DNA of 20,000 nt from Isosphaeraceae bacterium (GCA_965201075.1 CBDAVP010000002.1:113830-133829), one strand, 5' to 3'. Numbered from the stretch's first letter, positions 7,522 to 16,869 are shown. Translations and numbers: made by a program. The notes: a model not told the origin generated them from the sequence alone.

Positions 7522-9708
7522 ATGCCCATCTCCCTGCTGCTGTCCATCCTCGTCGCGACCTCCAACGGCGTCGAGGTTTCCGGGCGGATCGAGATGCCGG
7601 CCCTTTGTTCGACCACCCTGTCCCCGGCCGTGGTGGTGCTGGAACCTCGCGAGGGCGCTCGACAGGTCGAAACGGCACAGCGGGTCCCCGGCTCGGAGAT
7701 GATCATCGGCCAGCGAGGGCTCCAGTTCGAGCCCCGAGTCTCCGCCGCGCGACTCGGCCGCACCCTCCGATTCACCAACTCCGACACCGAAACGCACAGC
7801 GTCCACGTCCAGGGGCAAGGCAACCGCTCGATCGCCCCCGGTCAGCACTGGGAGTTCCAGCCGACCCGACCCGGGCTCTACACAGTCTCCTGCGACATCC
7901 ACAGCCACATGCGCGCCTTCGCGGTGGTCGGCGACTCCCCCTGGGTCAAAGCCTGCGACGCCGAGGGCCAGTTCCGCTTCCGAGACGTCCCACCCGGCGA
8001 CTATCAACTGAAAGTCTGGCACGAAGCGGGCGGGGGGCTCAAGGTCGAACGCCAGTTCGAGGTCCACGACGCGGTCGACCTCGGGACAATCTCCGTGGCA
8101 GGGCGGCCCCGAACCGTCGCCGTGGTGGCCGGCTCGGCGCAACCGTGGTCCGAGGTCAATGACCAGATCGGGGTCTACCTGGCCTCATCCTTGAAGGAAG
8201 CGGCCCGACCGGGCGGTCTCAAGCGTGCTCGGCAACTGGCTCAGGACGCCTACTTCCAGGCGTTCGAGTTGTCCAGGATGGAAACGGCCGTCGGCCAGGT
8301 CCTCGGCTCCGAGCGTCTCCATGCTCTGGAGGCCCAGTTCAAGGACTTCTTCGGGCCAACGATCGCCGCGGTCGCCTCTAGGCGAAAAACCAATGCCGAC
8401 GGCGTGGCCGAAACCCGGGCCCTGTTGCTGGAATTGTCCCGAGCCGCTCACGAACTCGACACCGTCGGAGTGGTCGACGGGGCCCATCTTGGCGTCAAGG
8501 TCGCGACCGCCGCCGAGACTTCCGCCGCCACCAAGGGGGCCGACGTCCGAAGCGCTCAACTGGCGACCCTCGCCGGAGCGTTCCAGAAGGTCCAGGATCT
8601 GGCCAACGCCGGCAAGGCCGATGAGGCGGGATCGACCATGCTCGAATCCTACTTCGGCGCCTTCGAACCCATCGAAACGGATCTCCGGGTTCTGGACTTC
8701 CCCGCGGTCGCTTCGCTCGAAACGCGGTTCAACGCATTGAGGAGCCAGGTCAACCAGGGCCTGCGTGGCGATCCCCTCGCCGCCAGCTTCACCCACTTCC
8801 TCAACGACATCACGCGCACGATCCACCGGGCCGACTCCTCCGCCGCCTCGGGCGGATTCACTCCGGCCTTCCTGGCCTCGCTGGGAATCATCCTGCGAGA
8901 AGGGGTCGAGGTCATCCTCCTACTCGGAATGCTCCTGGCCCTGGCGGCGAAGGTCGGCCACGAGGGGGCCCTCCGTTCGATCCGCTGGGGAGTCGGCCTG
9001 GCGGTGGTGGCCAGCGGCTTGACCGCCCTGGCGCTGAACCGGATGCTGGCCGCGACCCAGGGACGCACCCGCGAGTTGATGGAAGGCGTGGTCATGCTCT
9101 CGGCCACCGCCGTGCTGGTCTACGTCAGTTACTGGCTGATCGCCCAGGCCGAATCGAAACGCTGGACCGACTATCTGAAACGCCAGGCTCGCAAGGCGGC
9201 GGAGGTCGGCGGATTCGGCACGTTGGGGCTGACCGCCTTCCTGGCGATCTATCGGGAAGGGGCCGAAACCGCCCTGATGTATCAGGCCCAGGCCGTCCTC
9301 TTCGGCTCAACTCGCATGGGCGGCATCGGCCTGCTGGCGGGGCTCGGCCTCGGCCTCGTCGTATTGGCGGCACTCTACAAGGTCCTGCGAACGGCGACGG
9401 TCCGCCTGCCCATGAGGGCCTTCTTCCAGGTCACTGGCCTGATCCTGTTCACGATGGCGGTCATCTTCGCCGGCAAAGGGGTGGCCGAGTTGCAATCCTG
9501 CGGATTCTTGAAAGTGACCCCGCTCGCCTGGCTGGGCCAGGGACTGCCAATCCTGGGGATCTATCCCAACACCCAGGTGCTCTCGGTCCAGGGGATTCTG
9601 CTGCTGGGCGCTCTGGCCGCCTTCGCCCTGCTCAACGTCCCAAGGGCCGAGCCGACGCCCCTCAGCCCAGGTTCCTCAAGAGTCGGCACCGCCAGCGTCG
9701 GCGTCTAA
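7522..9708 (+). CDS. FTR1-family iron permease fused to an N-terminal cupredoxin/carboxypeptidase-regulatory-like domain and a duplicated FetM-like helical region
   Basis: Two REGxE motifs (LREGVE, YREGAE) in a hydrophobic C-terminal region. Hydrophobic N-terminal signal-like segment MPISLLLSILVA. THSVH...CDIHSHM type-1 copper-like ligands. Repeated (A/S)YF.AFE motif. Start set at ATG 7522. Confidence 0.88.
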   Translation: MPISLLLSILVATSNGVEVSGRIEMPALCSTTLSPAVVVLEPREGARQVETAQRVPGSEMIIGQRGLQFEPRVSAARLGRTLRFTNSDTETHSVHVQGQGNRSIAPGQHWEFQPTRPGLYTVSCDIHSHMRAFAVVGDSPWVKACDAEGQFRFRDVPPGDYQLKVWHEAGGGLKVERQFEVHDAVDLGTISVAGRPRTVAVVAGSAQPWSEVNDQIGVYLASSLKEAARPGGLKRARQLAQDAYFQAFELSRMETAVGQVLGSERLHALEAQFKDFFGPTIAAVASRRKTNADGVAETRALLLELSRAAHELDTVGVVDGAHLGVKVATAAETSAATKGADVRSAQLATLAGAFQKVQDLANAGKADEAGSTMLESYFGAFEPIETDLRVLDFPAVASLETRFNALRSQVNQGLRGDPLAASFTHFLNDITRTIHRADSSAASGGFTPAFLASLGIILREGVEVILLLGMLLALAAKVGHEGALRSIRWGVGLAVVASGLTALALNRMLAATQGRTRELMEGVVMLSATAVLVYVSYWLIAQAESKRWTDYLKRQARKAAEVGGFGTLGLTAFLAIYREGAETALMYQAQAVLFGSTRMGGIGLLAGLGLGLVVLAALYKVLRTATVRLPMRAFFQVTGLILFTMAVIFAGKGVAELQSCGFLKVTPLAWLGQGLPILGIYPNTQVLSVQGILLLGALAAFALLNVPRAEPTPLSPGSSRVGTASVGV

Positions 9709-10445
9709 TGCTTGGGAATTCTTCTCTCGCAACAGGTAATCACATGAGTCGCTGGGCCGGACCGCTCGTCGTCGCCGCGATCCTCGCCGGCATCGTCCTG
9801 ATTCTGGCCCTGAACATCGAGACCGGCGGCTCCTCGGCCATCGTCGCGCCTCCAGGTCAGGGCACCAAGGCAGCGGTACCCGAAGCCACACAAACCGCAT
9901 CCGCCAGGGACGATCCCAACCCGGTAACCCCGGCGCCAGGCAAGCCCCTCAGCGAGACGCCCATCGGCGAGGAGTATCGCGACGACGACCGTCACCTCCG
10001 CATCGGCGCCGTCTGGTTGCCGTCAGTAGAGTGGGACGGGCAGAAGGCGCTGACTGGCTCCGATCTGATCCACCTGGAAGCCGACGTCAAGGCCAGCGAA
10101 AACAACCCCAATGGCTTCTCCAAGTTCGAGTTCATCCCATACCTCAAGATCCGCTACACGATCGAGCCGGTCGGCGGCGGCGGCGGCGGCGGTGGCCCCA
10201 GCCTCCAGGGAGAGTTGCTGCCAATGGTGGCCTCCGACGGCCTCCACTACGGAGCCACCCTCTCCATGCCCCGCGCCGGCAACTACAAGCTCCGCTACGA
10301 GGTTCAACCTCCCTCGTCCGGCGGACTTGGCCGGCATAGCGACCCTTTGACCGGCGTCGCCCCCTGGTGGCGGCCGTTCACCGCGTCGTTCGACTGGGAT
10401 TACCAGCCCACGTCGACCACCCCCCCGGCGAAGCCCGCCGGTTGA
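9708..10445 (+). CDS. P19/FetP/Tp34-family periplasmic iron(copper)-binding protein with an N-terminal hydrophobic anchor or signal
   Basis: IHLEAD, NPNGF..FIPYL, PMVASDGLHYG, GRH.D..TGV.PWW.PF. TAATG overlap with the FTR1 stop; an alternative ATG lies at 9744. Confidence 0.9.
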   Translation: MLGNSSLATGNHMSRWAGPLVVAAILAGIVLILALNIETGGSSAIVAPPGQGTKAAVPEATQTASARDDPNPVTPAPGKPLSETPIGEEYRDDDRHLRIGAVWLPSVEWDGQKALTGSDLIHLEADVKASENNPNGFSKFEFIPYLKIRYTIEPVGGGGGGGGPSLQGELLPMVASDGLHYGATLSMPRAGNYKLRYEVQPPSSGGLGRHSDPLTGVAPWWRPFTASFDWDYQPTSTTPPAKPAG

Positions 10446-10552
10446 CCCTTGGGACGTACTGGCCGAGGGGGCTTCGTCGTCAAGGCTACCGGGGACCCGG
10501 CTAGCCTCGTTAGAATCGGCCGGATTCCGTTGAGAGTCCGGGGGCCCTGGCC

Positions 10553-12280
10553 GTGCTCGATTTCGGGTTGGTGAGTGACGACGACGGGCGTGATGTCCTG
10601 GAGGTCCCCCTCTCTGGGGTCTCGCTGATGGACTGCCCCACCTTCAACAAGGGAAGCGCCTTCTCCGAGGAGGAACGCGCCGCCTTCGGCCTCCACGGCC
10701 TCTTGCCGCCGCACTCCGGCACGATCGAGGAGCAGCTCGACCGCCGCTACACCGACTTCCTCCAGCGACGCACTCCCCTCCAGCAGCACGTCTACCTGCG
10801 AGACCTCCAGGATCGCAACGAGATTCTCTTCTATCGGCTCCTCCGCGACCACATCGCCGAGATGATGCCCTTGATCTACACCCCGGTGGTCGGCGAGGCC
10901 TGTGAGCAGTTCAGCCACATCTACCGGAAGCCTCGCGGCCTGTTCGTCTCCTACGACCGCCGCGACGAGATTGGCGAAGTCCTGGCCAACCGCCCCTTCC
11001 GCGAGGTCGACGTCATCGTCGTGACCGACGGCGAGCGCATTCTCGGCCTGGGCGACCTGGGAGTCGGCGGGATGGGCATCCCCGTCGGCAAGCTGTCGCT
11101 GTACACCCTCTGCGGAGGGATCCACCCCGCCCGAACCTTGCCGATCTTCCTGGACGTCGGCACCGACAACCCCGAGGAACTGAACGACCCCCTCTACCTC
11201 GGCTACCGCAACCGTCGGATTCGCGGCGACGCCTACGACGAGTTCATCGAGGAATTCGTCCAGGGCGTGCAAAAGGCGATGCCCGGAGCCCTGCTCCAGT
11301 GGGAGGATTTCGCCCTGGCCAACGCCCGCCGGTTGCTCGATCGGTATCGAGACCGGCTCTGCTCGTTCAACGATGATATTCAAGGCACGGCGGCGGTGAC
11401 GGTGGCGGCGATTTTGGCCGCCGCCCGCCTCAACGGCTCGACCCTGGCGGACCAGCGGGTGGTGATCCTGGGAGCCGGTTCGGCGGGATCAGGGATTGCC
11501 GATGGAATCGTGGCGGCGATGGTCGCCGATGGCCTGGCCGAGCCGTTGGCCCTGTCGAGGATCTGGATGGTCGACCGCAACGGCCTCCTGGTCCAGGGCG
11601 TGGCCGACCTCCAGTCCTTCCAGTTGAGGCTCGCCCGGCCCGCCGCCGAGGTTCAGGGCTGGCGACGCGACGCCGACCTGGGAGGCATCCCCCTGGACGA
11701 AGTGGTCGACCGCGCCAAGCCGTCGGTCCTAATCGGCGCCTCGGGTCACGCGGGGACGTTCACCCAGTCGGTCATCGCGACAATGGCCCGCCACAACGTC
11801 CGTCCAGCGATCTTCCCCCTGTCCAACCCGACGTCTCGCAGCGAGGCCACGCCCGCCGACCTGCTGGCCTGGACCGGGGGCAGAGCCCTGGTGGCCACCG
11901 GCAGCCCGTTCGACCCGGTGACGCTCGACGGCAGGACTATTCACATCTCTCAATGTAACAACGCCTACATTTTCCCCGGGATGGGTCTGGGGATCGTGGC
12001 CTCGAAGGCCAAACGGGTCAGCGACGGGATGTTTCTCGCCGCGGCGAGGGCGCTGGCTCGCACCTCGCCTGCCCGCGAGAACCCCGACGCCGGCCTGTTC
12101 CCCGGCTGGGCACGAATCGACCAGATTTCCCACAAGATCGCCGAAGCCGTGGGTCTCCAGGCCCACCAGGAAGGACTGGCCCCCACGACCGACTCGCAAG
12201 CGATCAGCGCGGCGGTTCAGGCCACCTGGTGGGAGCCGAACTACCGCCCGATGCGTCCCGCCCGGGGGACACGCGGATGA
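10553..12280 (+). CDS. maeA: NAD-dependent malic enzyme
   Basis: FNKGSAF, PLIYTPVVG, VTDGERILGLGDLG, FNDDIQGT, GAGSAG, PLSNPT, QCNNAYIFPG. GTG start, with a TAGAAT -10 candidate at 10511-10516. Confidence 0.93.
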   Translation: MLDFGLVSDDDGRDVLEVPLSGVSLMDCPTFNKGSAFSEEERAAFGLHGLLPPHSGTIEEQLDRRYTDFLQRRTPLQQHVYLRDLQDRNEILFYRLLRDHIAEMMPLIYTPVVGEACEQFSHIYRKPRGLFVSYDRRDEIGEVLANRPFREVDVIVVTDGERILGLGDLGVGGMGIPVGKLSLYTLCGGIHPARTLPIFLDVGTDNPEELNDPLYLGYRNRRIRGDAYDEFIEEFVQGVQKAMPGALLQWEDFALANARRLLDRYRDRLCSFNDDIQGTAAVTVAAILAAARLNGSTLADQRVVILGAGSAGSGIADGIVAAMVADGLAEPLALSRIWMVDRNGLLVQGVADLQSFQLRLARPAAEVQGWRRDADLGGIPLDEVVDRAKPSVLIGASGHAGTFTQSVIATMARHNVRPAIFPLSNPTSRSEATPADLLAWTGGRALVATGSPFDPVTLDGRTIHISQCNNAYIFPGMGLGIVASKAKRVSDGMFLAAARALARTSPARENPDAGLFPGWARIDQISHKIAEAVGLQAHQEGLAPTTDSQAISAAVQATWWEPNYRPMRPARGTRG

Positions 12281-12669
12281 CCGACCAGAACGCCACCATC
12301 GCCCTGCTGAAGGACTGGGTTCAACGCTTCACCGACGAACGCGACTGGGCCCAGTTCCACCACCCCAAGGACCTGGGACTTGCCCTGGCCTGCGAGGTTG
12401 GCGAGGTTCTGGAGCTATTCCGTTACCGATCCAACGAGGTGATTCAGGCCGACCTGGCGAGCCCCAAATTCCAACGGGAACTGGCCCACGAACTGGCCGA
12501 CTGCCTCTGGCTTGTCCTGAGAATGGCCGACGTCTGCTCGATCGACCTGGCCTCGTCGCTGGACGAGAAGTTGGAACTGGCCGCGAGGAAGTACCCGATT
12601 GAGCGAGCATATGGTCGGTCCGACAAGTATACCACTTATCAAGACGTGAACGAACCCGACGCGACGTGA
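12277..12669 (+). CDS. MazG-like nucleotide pyrophosphohydrolase (DCTPP1/RS21-C6-like)
   Basis: F..ERDWAQFH.PKDL.LAL..EVGE..ELF, ELAD, K....KYP. ATGA overlap with the malic enzyme stop. Confidence 0.9.
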   Translation: MTDQNATIALLKDWVQRFTDERDWAQFHHPKDLGLALACEVGEVLELFRYRSNEVIQADLASPKFQRELAHELADCLWLVLRMADVCSIDLASSLDEKLELAARKYPIERAYGRSDKYTTYQDVNEPDAT

Positions 12670-14114
12670 CCGCCACTCAGGGATTGTCTCCAGGCATAGA
12701 GGGCGATCGCGGTGGCGACCCCGGCGTTGAGCGATTCCACTCCCGACGCCATCGGGATTCGCCGACGAGGGCCGCCGCGCAAGTGCTCGGGCAACCCTGG
12801 TCCTTCCACCCCGGCGACCAGTCCGAACCGCTCCGGGAATGGCTCGGTCGCCAGGTCGGGGCCGTCGGCGTCGAGCGCGATCAGGGGCGCCGCCCGCGGA
12901 TCGAGGTCGCGGATCGACGGTCCCTGGCACAGCGGCACCTGAAAGAGGGCCGGGCCGGCGGCTCGGGCGGCCTTGGGATGAAACGGGTGAGCGGCCTCCT
13001 TCAGCAAGACCACCCTCGGCACCCCAAACGCCGCCGCCGAACGAATCACCGCGCCCACGTTCTCGGGGTCCTGAAACGGCACGAACAGCGTGCATCCCTC
13101 AGGCCAGGGATCACCGTCCGACCAGGCCGGCATTGGCGGAGTGCGGACCAGCAGCAGCGGCGAATGCGTACCCGCGGTGTCCAGCTCCTGAAAGAGTGCC
13201 GGGGCCAGGCGATACCAAGCCAGTCGGCCAGTCGACATCTCGGGAGGAGGTGGCCCAACGGTCGTCGTCAACCACGCCTCGGCCGACCCGGACGCCTTCT
13301 CCAGAACCTCGGCCACGCTTCGGGCCCCCGACAGAAGGGCCCGCCCGTGCTTGCGTATCCCCCGACCGTTGAGCAGGTCGAGAGCCTGCTTGTACGACGG
13401 ATTCGTCTCGCTAGTCAGGTCGCGGATCGGACCGGCGTAGGAGGGAAGCTTGATCCCCGGGACGCTGGTTGGGGCCGCGGTTCGCTCGAAGATGACGAGT
13501 CGACGGTCATGGGGCGTGCCAGGAATCGTGTAAGCGTGGTCGGCCTGGAGGCGAAACGTGTCGGGGTGAGACTGCCCCGCCTCGGCGATCTCGTCGTCGC
13601 AGTCCGGCCCCTTCATGAACAGCATCCGGCCGCCGGGAACCAGGCAGGCGGCCACGCGGTCCAGCGTCTCGGGAATCGTCGCCACCGCCCGGGTGATGAC
13701 TCCCTGGACCGGCCTCGGGAAGCCTGGCCCGACCTTGCGGCCATACACCTCGACCTCTCGCAGGCCCAGCCGACGGCAGGTCTCCTCCAGGAAGGAGACG
13801 CGGGCCCCCCTTGGCTCGGCGAGGATCATTTCCACCTCCGGCCGAGCGATCTTCAACGGAATTCCGGGCAACCCAGGCCCACTGCCCATGTCCACCAGGG
13901 GAGAGGGAAGTTTGGCGAAGTTCAGGACCAGCAGGCTATCCACATAATGCTTGAGGACCATGTTCTCGAAGTTGTGAATGCGCGTCAGATTCAACTCGGC
14001 GTTGGCCCCGCGCAAGATTCCGTGATAGGCCCACAAGGCGTCGTACTGCGACGGTTCGAGGCGGAGGCCACAGGCTTCGATGATCGCCTGGAGCGAGGAG
14101 CGGCTCGGAGACAT
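12639..14114 (-). CDS. rsmG: Fusion of 16S rRNA m7G527 methyltransferase RsmG (N-terminal) with a TrmH/SpoU-family RNA methyltransferase (C-terminal)
   Basis: N-half: N..LNLTRI, KHYVDSL, DMGSGPGLPGIPLKI, TRAV, MKG. C-half: QDPENVGAVIRSAAAFG, G.EGPGL, IPM..GVESLNAGVA. One uninterrupted 491-aa ORF. Confidence 0.88.
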   Translation of the reverse strand: MSPSRSSLQAIIEACGLRLEPSQYDALWAYHGILRGANAELNLTRIHNFENMVLKHYVDSLLVLNFAKLPSPLVDMGSGPGLPGIPLKIARPEVEMILAEPRGARVSFLEETCRRLGLREVEVYGRKVGPGFPRPVQGVITRAVATIPETLDRVAACLVPGGRMLFMKGPDCDDEIAEAGQSHPDTFRLQADHAYTIPGTPHDRRLVIFERTAAPTSVPGIKLPSYAGPIRDLTSETNPSYKQALDLLNGRGIRKHGRALLSGARSVAEVLEKASGSAEAWLTTTVGPPPPEMSTGRLAWYRLAPALFQELDTAGTHSPLLLVRTPPMPAWSDGDPWPEGCTLFVPFQDPENVGAVIRSAAAFGVPRVVLLKEAAHPFHPKAARAAGPALFQVPLCQGPSIRDLDPRAAPLIALDADGPDLATEPFPERFGLVAGVEGPGLPEHLRGGPRRRIPMASGVESLNAGVATAIALYAWRQSLSGGHVASGSFTS

Positions 14115-14162
14115 GGGATGCGGCGACTCGGCGATGGAGGAGGTCGGGAAGGTGTCAATCTA

Positions 14163-14975
14163 TCAACTGCTCGCGCTGCGGTAGGACCGCAGGGCGTGGC
14201 GGAAAAAGCGGCGGCTCACCGTTAGCACGATGAGAGTGGCGGCCACCATCAAAGCGACCATCCGCCAGTCGAGAGCGCGGACCATCACCTCCGACGGCAC
14301 GCTGGCCACCAGCAGAATCGGCACCATGAACGTGAAGACGAACGCGATCGGGTCGGCCCAACTCGCCGAGCGGAACACCTCTCGGGGGTAGCGGGCCAGG
14401 CTGGAAAACAGCCACCACATCTCCATCAACCCCTGGTTGCGCACCAGCCAGACCGACAACGACGTCAGCATCAGCATAAACCCATAAGCAATCGCCGTCC
14501 CGCACGCGAACAGCAACACGAACAATCCTAGCCGGACGGGGTCGAAGTGCCAGCCCATGTGCAGCAGGGCACGCAGCATCACCAGCCCGCCCATTACCAC
14601 GCTGGGGGCCGAGGACCAGTCGATTTTGCGGCAGGAGATCAGGAATTGCTCGTCGATCGGACGTAACAGCAGGAAGTCGAGGTCCCCGGTCCTCACCAGC
14701 TCGGAAAACTCGTCGCAGTTGGCCAGGAACAGCGTCTCGACCAGGCCATTGAGGGCGAAGAAGCAGCCGACGAAGAACAGGTACGAATCCTCGGTCCACC
14801 CGGCGATCAGGTTCGTGCGGGCGAAGACCGTTCGGTAGAAGATCAGCAAGATCGCCAGCCAGAGGGCCTCGACCGAGACCTTGACCAGGAAATTGCCGCG
14901 AAAGGCCAGTTCCCGGGCCAGGGCATATCGGCCGAGTGCCCACAAAAGCCGGGCATAGCGAAACCGTCCACGCAT
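14163..14975 (-). CDS. ABC-2 family transporter permease (DUF990-type)
   Basis: E.VRTGDLDFLLLRPID motif, YP..VF, multiple transmembrane segments. Confidence 0.88.
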   Translation of the reverse strand: MRGRFRYARLLWALGRYALARELAFRGNFLVKVSVEALWLAILLIFYRTVFARTNLIAGWTEDSYLFFVGCFFALNGLVETLFLANCDEFSELVRTGDLDFLLLRPIDEQFLISCRKIDWSSAPSVVMGGLVMLRALLHMGWHFDPVRLGLFVLLFACGTAIAYGFMLMLTSLSVWLVRNQGLMEMWWLFSSLARYPREVFRSASWADPIAFVFTFMVPILLVASVPSEVMVRALDWRMVALMVAATLIVLTVSRRFFRHALRSYRSASS

Positions 14976-14978
14976 CGC

Positions 14979-15887
14979 TTAGCCCCCGTAAGCCCCGTAT
15001 CGTCGCAGCCCGCGACGATACAGCCACCTTGACAGCGCCGCGAACGCCAGGACCCAACCCGACTCGATCGCCAGGCCGATCAGGAGTTCCGTCCCCTTCA
15101 CTTTTCCCAGGAAGACCACCGCCGGGAAATACGCCATGTAGGCGAACGGGAGCGCCTTCAACACCGCCGCCGCCCTGGGACCCAGGAAATCCAGCGGCAG
15201 CATGTGGCCAGAGACGAAGAAGTTCAAGGTCATGACCACATAGAGCAGCGAGGTGACTTCCAGGAACCAGAAGCCCACCATCCCCACGGCGGTCTCGAAG
15301 AAGAACCCGACCAGGAATGCCAGGATCAGCGAAACGAGGTACGCCAGCCAGATCACCGGGTCGTGCGGGAGCAGCCCGTCGAAGTAGTGTCGGCAGATGA
15401 CGAACAGCACGGCATACGGCAGCGCTGAGGAGACAATGTACGCCAGCTTGTGGGCCACCCGATGAGCCAGCAGGTAGGCGATCATGTCCAGCGGCTGAAT
15501 CAGATACTTCTTGAGCGTCCCCTCGCGCACGTCGCGGGCGATTCCGCCGGCCAGCCCCGGCATGCTCGAAAACATCCGGCTGATGTTGACCATCAACAGG
15601 TAGGCGATCGTTTGCTGAAGGGTGAACCCGTCGCGAGGAGTGTTCTCGTTGCCGGCGAAAATCGCCTTCCACAACAAGATGGTCGTGACCAGGGGGAGGA
15701 ATCGGAGAAAGGTCGAGATGAGAAAGTCGGCCCGATAGGTCAGCCGCTCGACCATCGTGACCTTGAAGATCTTGTAATACTTGGGGAGCCCGGCGAAGGG
15801 ACCTCGGGCAACCTCGGGATTCGCGGCTGCGGCTCCGGTCCCCGGCGGTCGGGAAGGTCCGGCCAGGAGGGCGTCAGGCGGCGTCAT
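14979..15887 (-). CDS. ABC-2 family transporter permease (DUF990-type)
   Basis: YRADF, IARDVREGTL..YL.QP, SG.MLPLDF, LPF.YM.YFP, C-terminal GLRRY.AYGG. The exact start is uncertain. Confidence 0.88.
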   Translation of the reverse strand: MTPPDALLAGPSRPPGTGAAAANPEVARGPFAGLPKYYKIFKVTMVERLTYRADFLISTFLRFLPLVTTILLWKAIFAGNENTPRDGFTLQQTIAYLLMVNISRMFSSMPGLAGGIARDVREGTLKKYLIQPLDMIAYLLAHRVAHKLAYIVSSALPYAVLFVICRHYFDGLLPHDPVIWLAYLVSLILAFLVGFFFETAVGMVGFWFLEVTSLLYVVMTLNFFVSGHMLPLDFLGPRAAAVLKALPFAYMAYFPAVVFLGKVKGTELLIGLAIESGWVLAFAALSRWLYRRGLRRYGAYGG

Positions 15888-16869
15888 GAGCGGCGCGACC
15901 CTCCTCGAAGACCTGGGCGATCATCTGCTCCAGCGGCGGGTCTTGCACCACCACGTCGGCCACCCGGTGACGGTCGAGAATCGCCCCCAGAACTTCCGCG
16001 ACCCTGGAACGATCGACCCGCAACTCGGCCTCCGGCCCCTCGCTCTTCACCAGGTCTCCGTAACGGCCCAGGTCTTCAGGCACCGTTCCGTCGACGAACT
16101 CCAGGCGGACGATCTTGACGCTACCGAACCGTTCCACGATCCCCTCCAGGCCGCCGTCGTAGATCAATCGCCCCTGGGCGATCACCAGCACCCGAGAGCA
16201 AAGCGCCTCGACGTCTCTCATGTAGTGGCTGGTCAGGAGCATCGTCACGCCTCGACGCTCGTGATACTCCCGCAGGCATTTCTGGATGGCGACCTGGGCG
16301 ATCACGTCGAGGCCGATGGTTGGCTCGTCCAGCAACAAAAGGTCGGGACGGTGCAACAGCGCCGCGATGAGTTCCATCTTCATTCGCTCGCCCAGGGACA
16401 GTTCCCGGACGGCCTGGCGAGTCAACTGGCTCACTCCCAGGAGTTCGGTCAGTTCGCCAAGGGTTTGCTCGAACTGGGCGGCGGGGAGGGAGTAAATCTG
16501 CCGGTGGAGCTGAAAACTGTCAGCGGCGGGGAGGTCCCACCAGAGTTGATTCTTCTGGCCCATGACCAGGGCGAATCGGCGACGAAAGGCGTCGGCCCGC
16601 TCCCAGGGGACGTAACCCAACGCCGTGGCCGTGCCGCCGCTGGGGTAGATCAGGCCCGAGAGCATCTTGAGTGTCGTCGTCTTGCCGGCGCCATTGGGTC
16701 CCAGGAAGGCGACCATCTCTCCCGGTTCGATGGTGAACGACACGTCATTGACGGCGTTTACCTCCTTGTACTCGCGACGGTAGAGGCCCCGGAAGGCGTT
16801 GAGGACCCCCTGCTTCTTCTGGGCGACTCGATAGGTTTTCGTCAGTCCGCGGGCTTCAATGATCGGCAT
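15874..16869 (-). CDS. ABC transporter ATP-binding protein
   Basis: Walker A GPNGAGKTT, signature LSLGERMK, Walker B LLLLDEPT, H-loop TSH. Start set at MPIIEARGL (16869). Confidence 0.93.
   Translation of the reverse strand: MPIIEARGLTKTYRVAQKKQGVLNAFRGLYRREYKEVNAVNDVSFTIEPGEMVAFLGPNGAGKTTTLKMLSGLIYPSGGTATALGYVPWERADAFRRRFALVMGQKNQLWWDLPAADSFQLHRQIYSLPAAQFEQTLGELTELLGVSQLTRQAVRELSLGERMKMELIAALLHRPDLLLLDEPTIGLDVIAQVAIQKCLREYHERRGVTMLLTSHYMRDVEALCSRVLVIAQGRLIYDGGLEGIVERFGSVKIVRLEFVDGTVPEDLGRYGDLVKSEGPEAELRVDRSRVAEVLGAILDRHRVADVVVQDPPLEQMIAQVFEEGRAAHDAA

Noticed and set aside
6744..8162. 472-aa plus-strand ORF, and the 7823 extension of the methyltransferase ORF
   Set aside because: They overlap two well-supported divergent genes and the promoter/operator. 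The product is Arg/Pro-rich without motifs, and a good RBS supports the 7397 start.
10173..10196. (GGC)n microsatellite as a phase-variation switch
   Set aside because: It is an in-frame triplet repeat, so length change would only alter a Gly linker.
10429..10476. CGAAGCCC...GGGCTTCG inverted repeat after the P19-like gene as an intrinsic terminator
   Set aside because: The loop is large, there is no U-tract, and the left arm lies inside the CDS.
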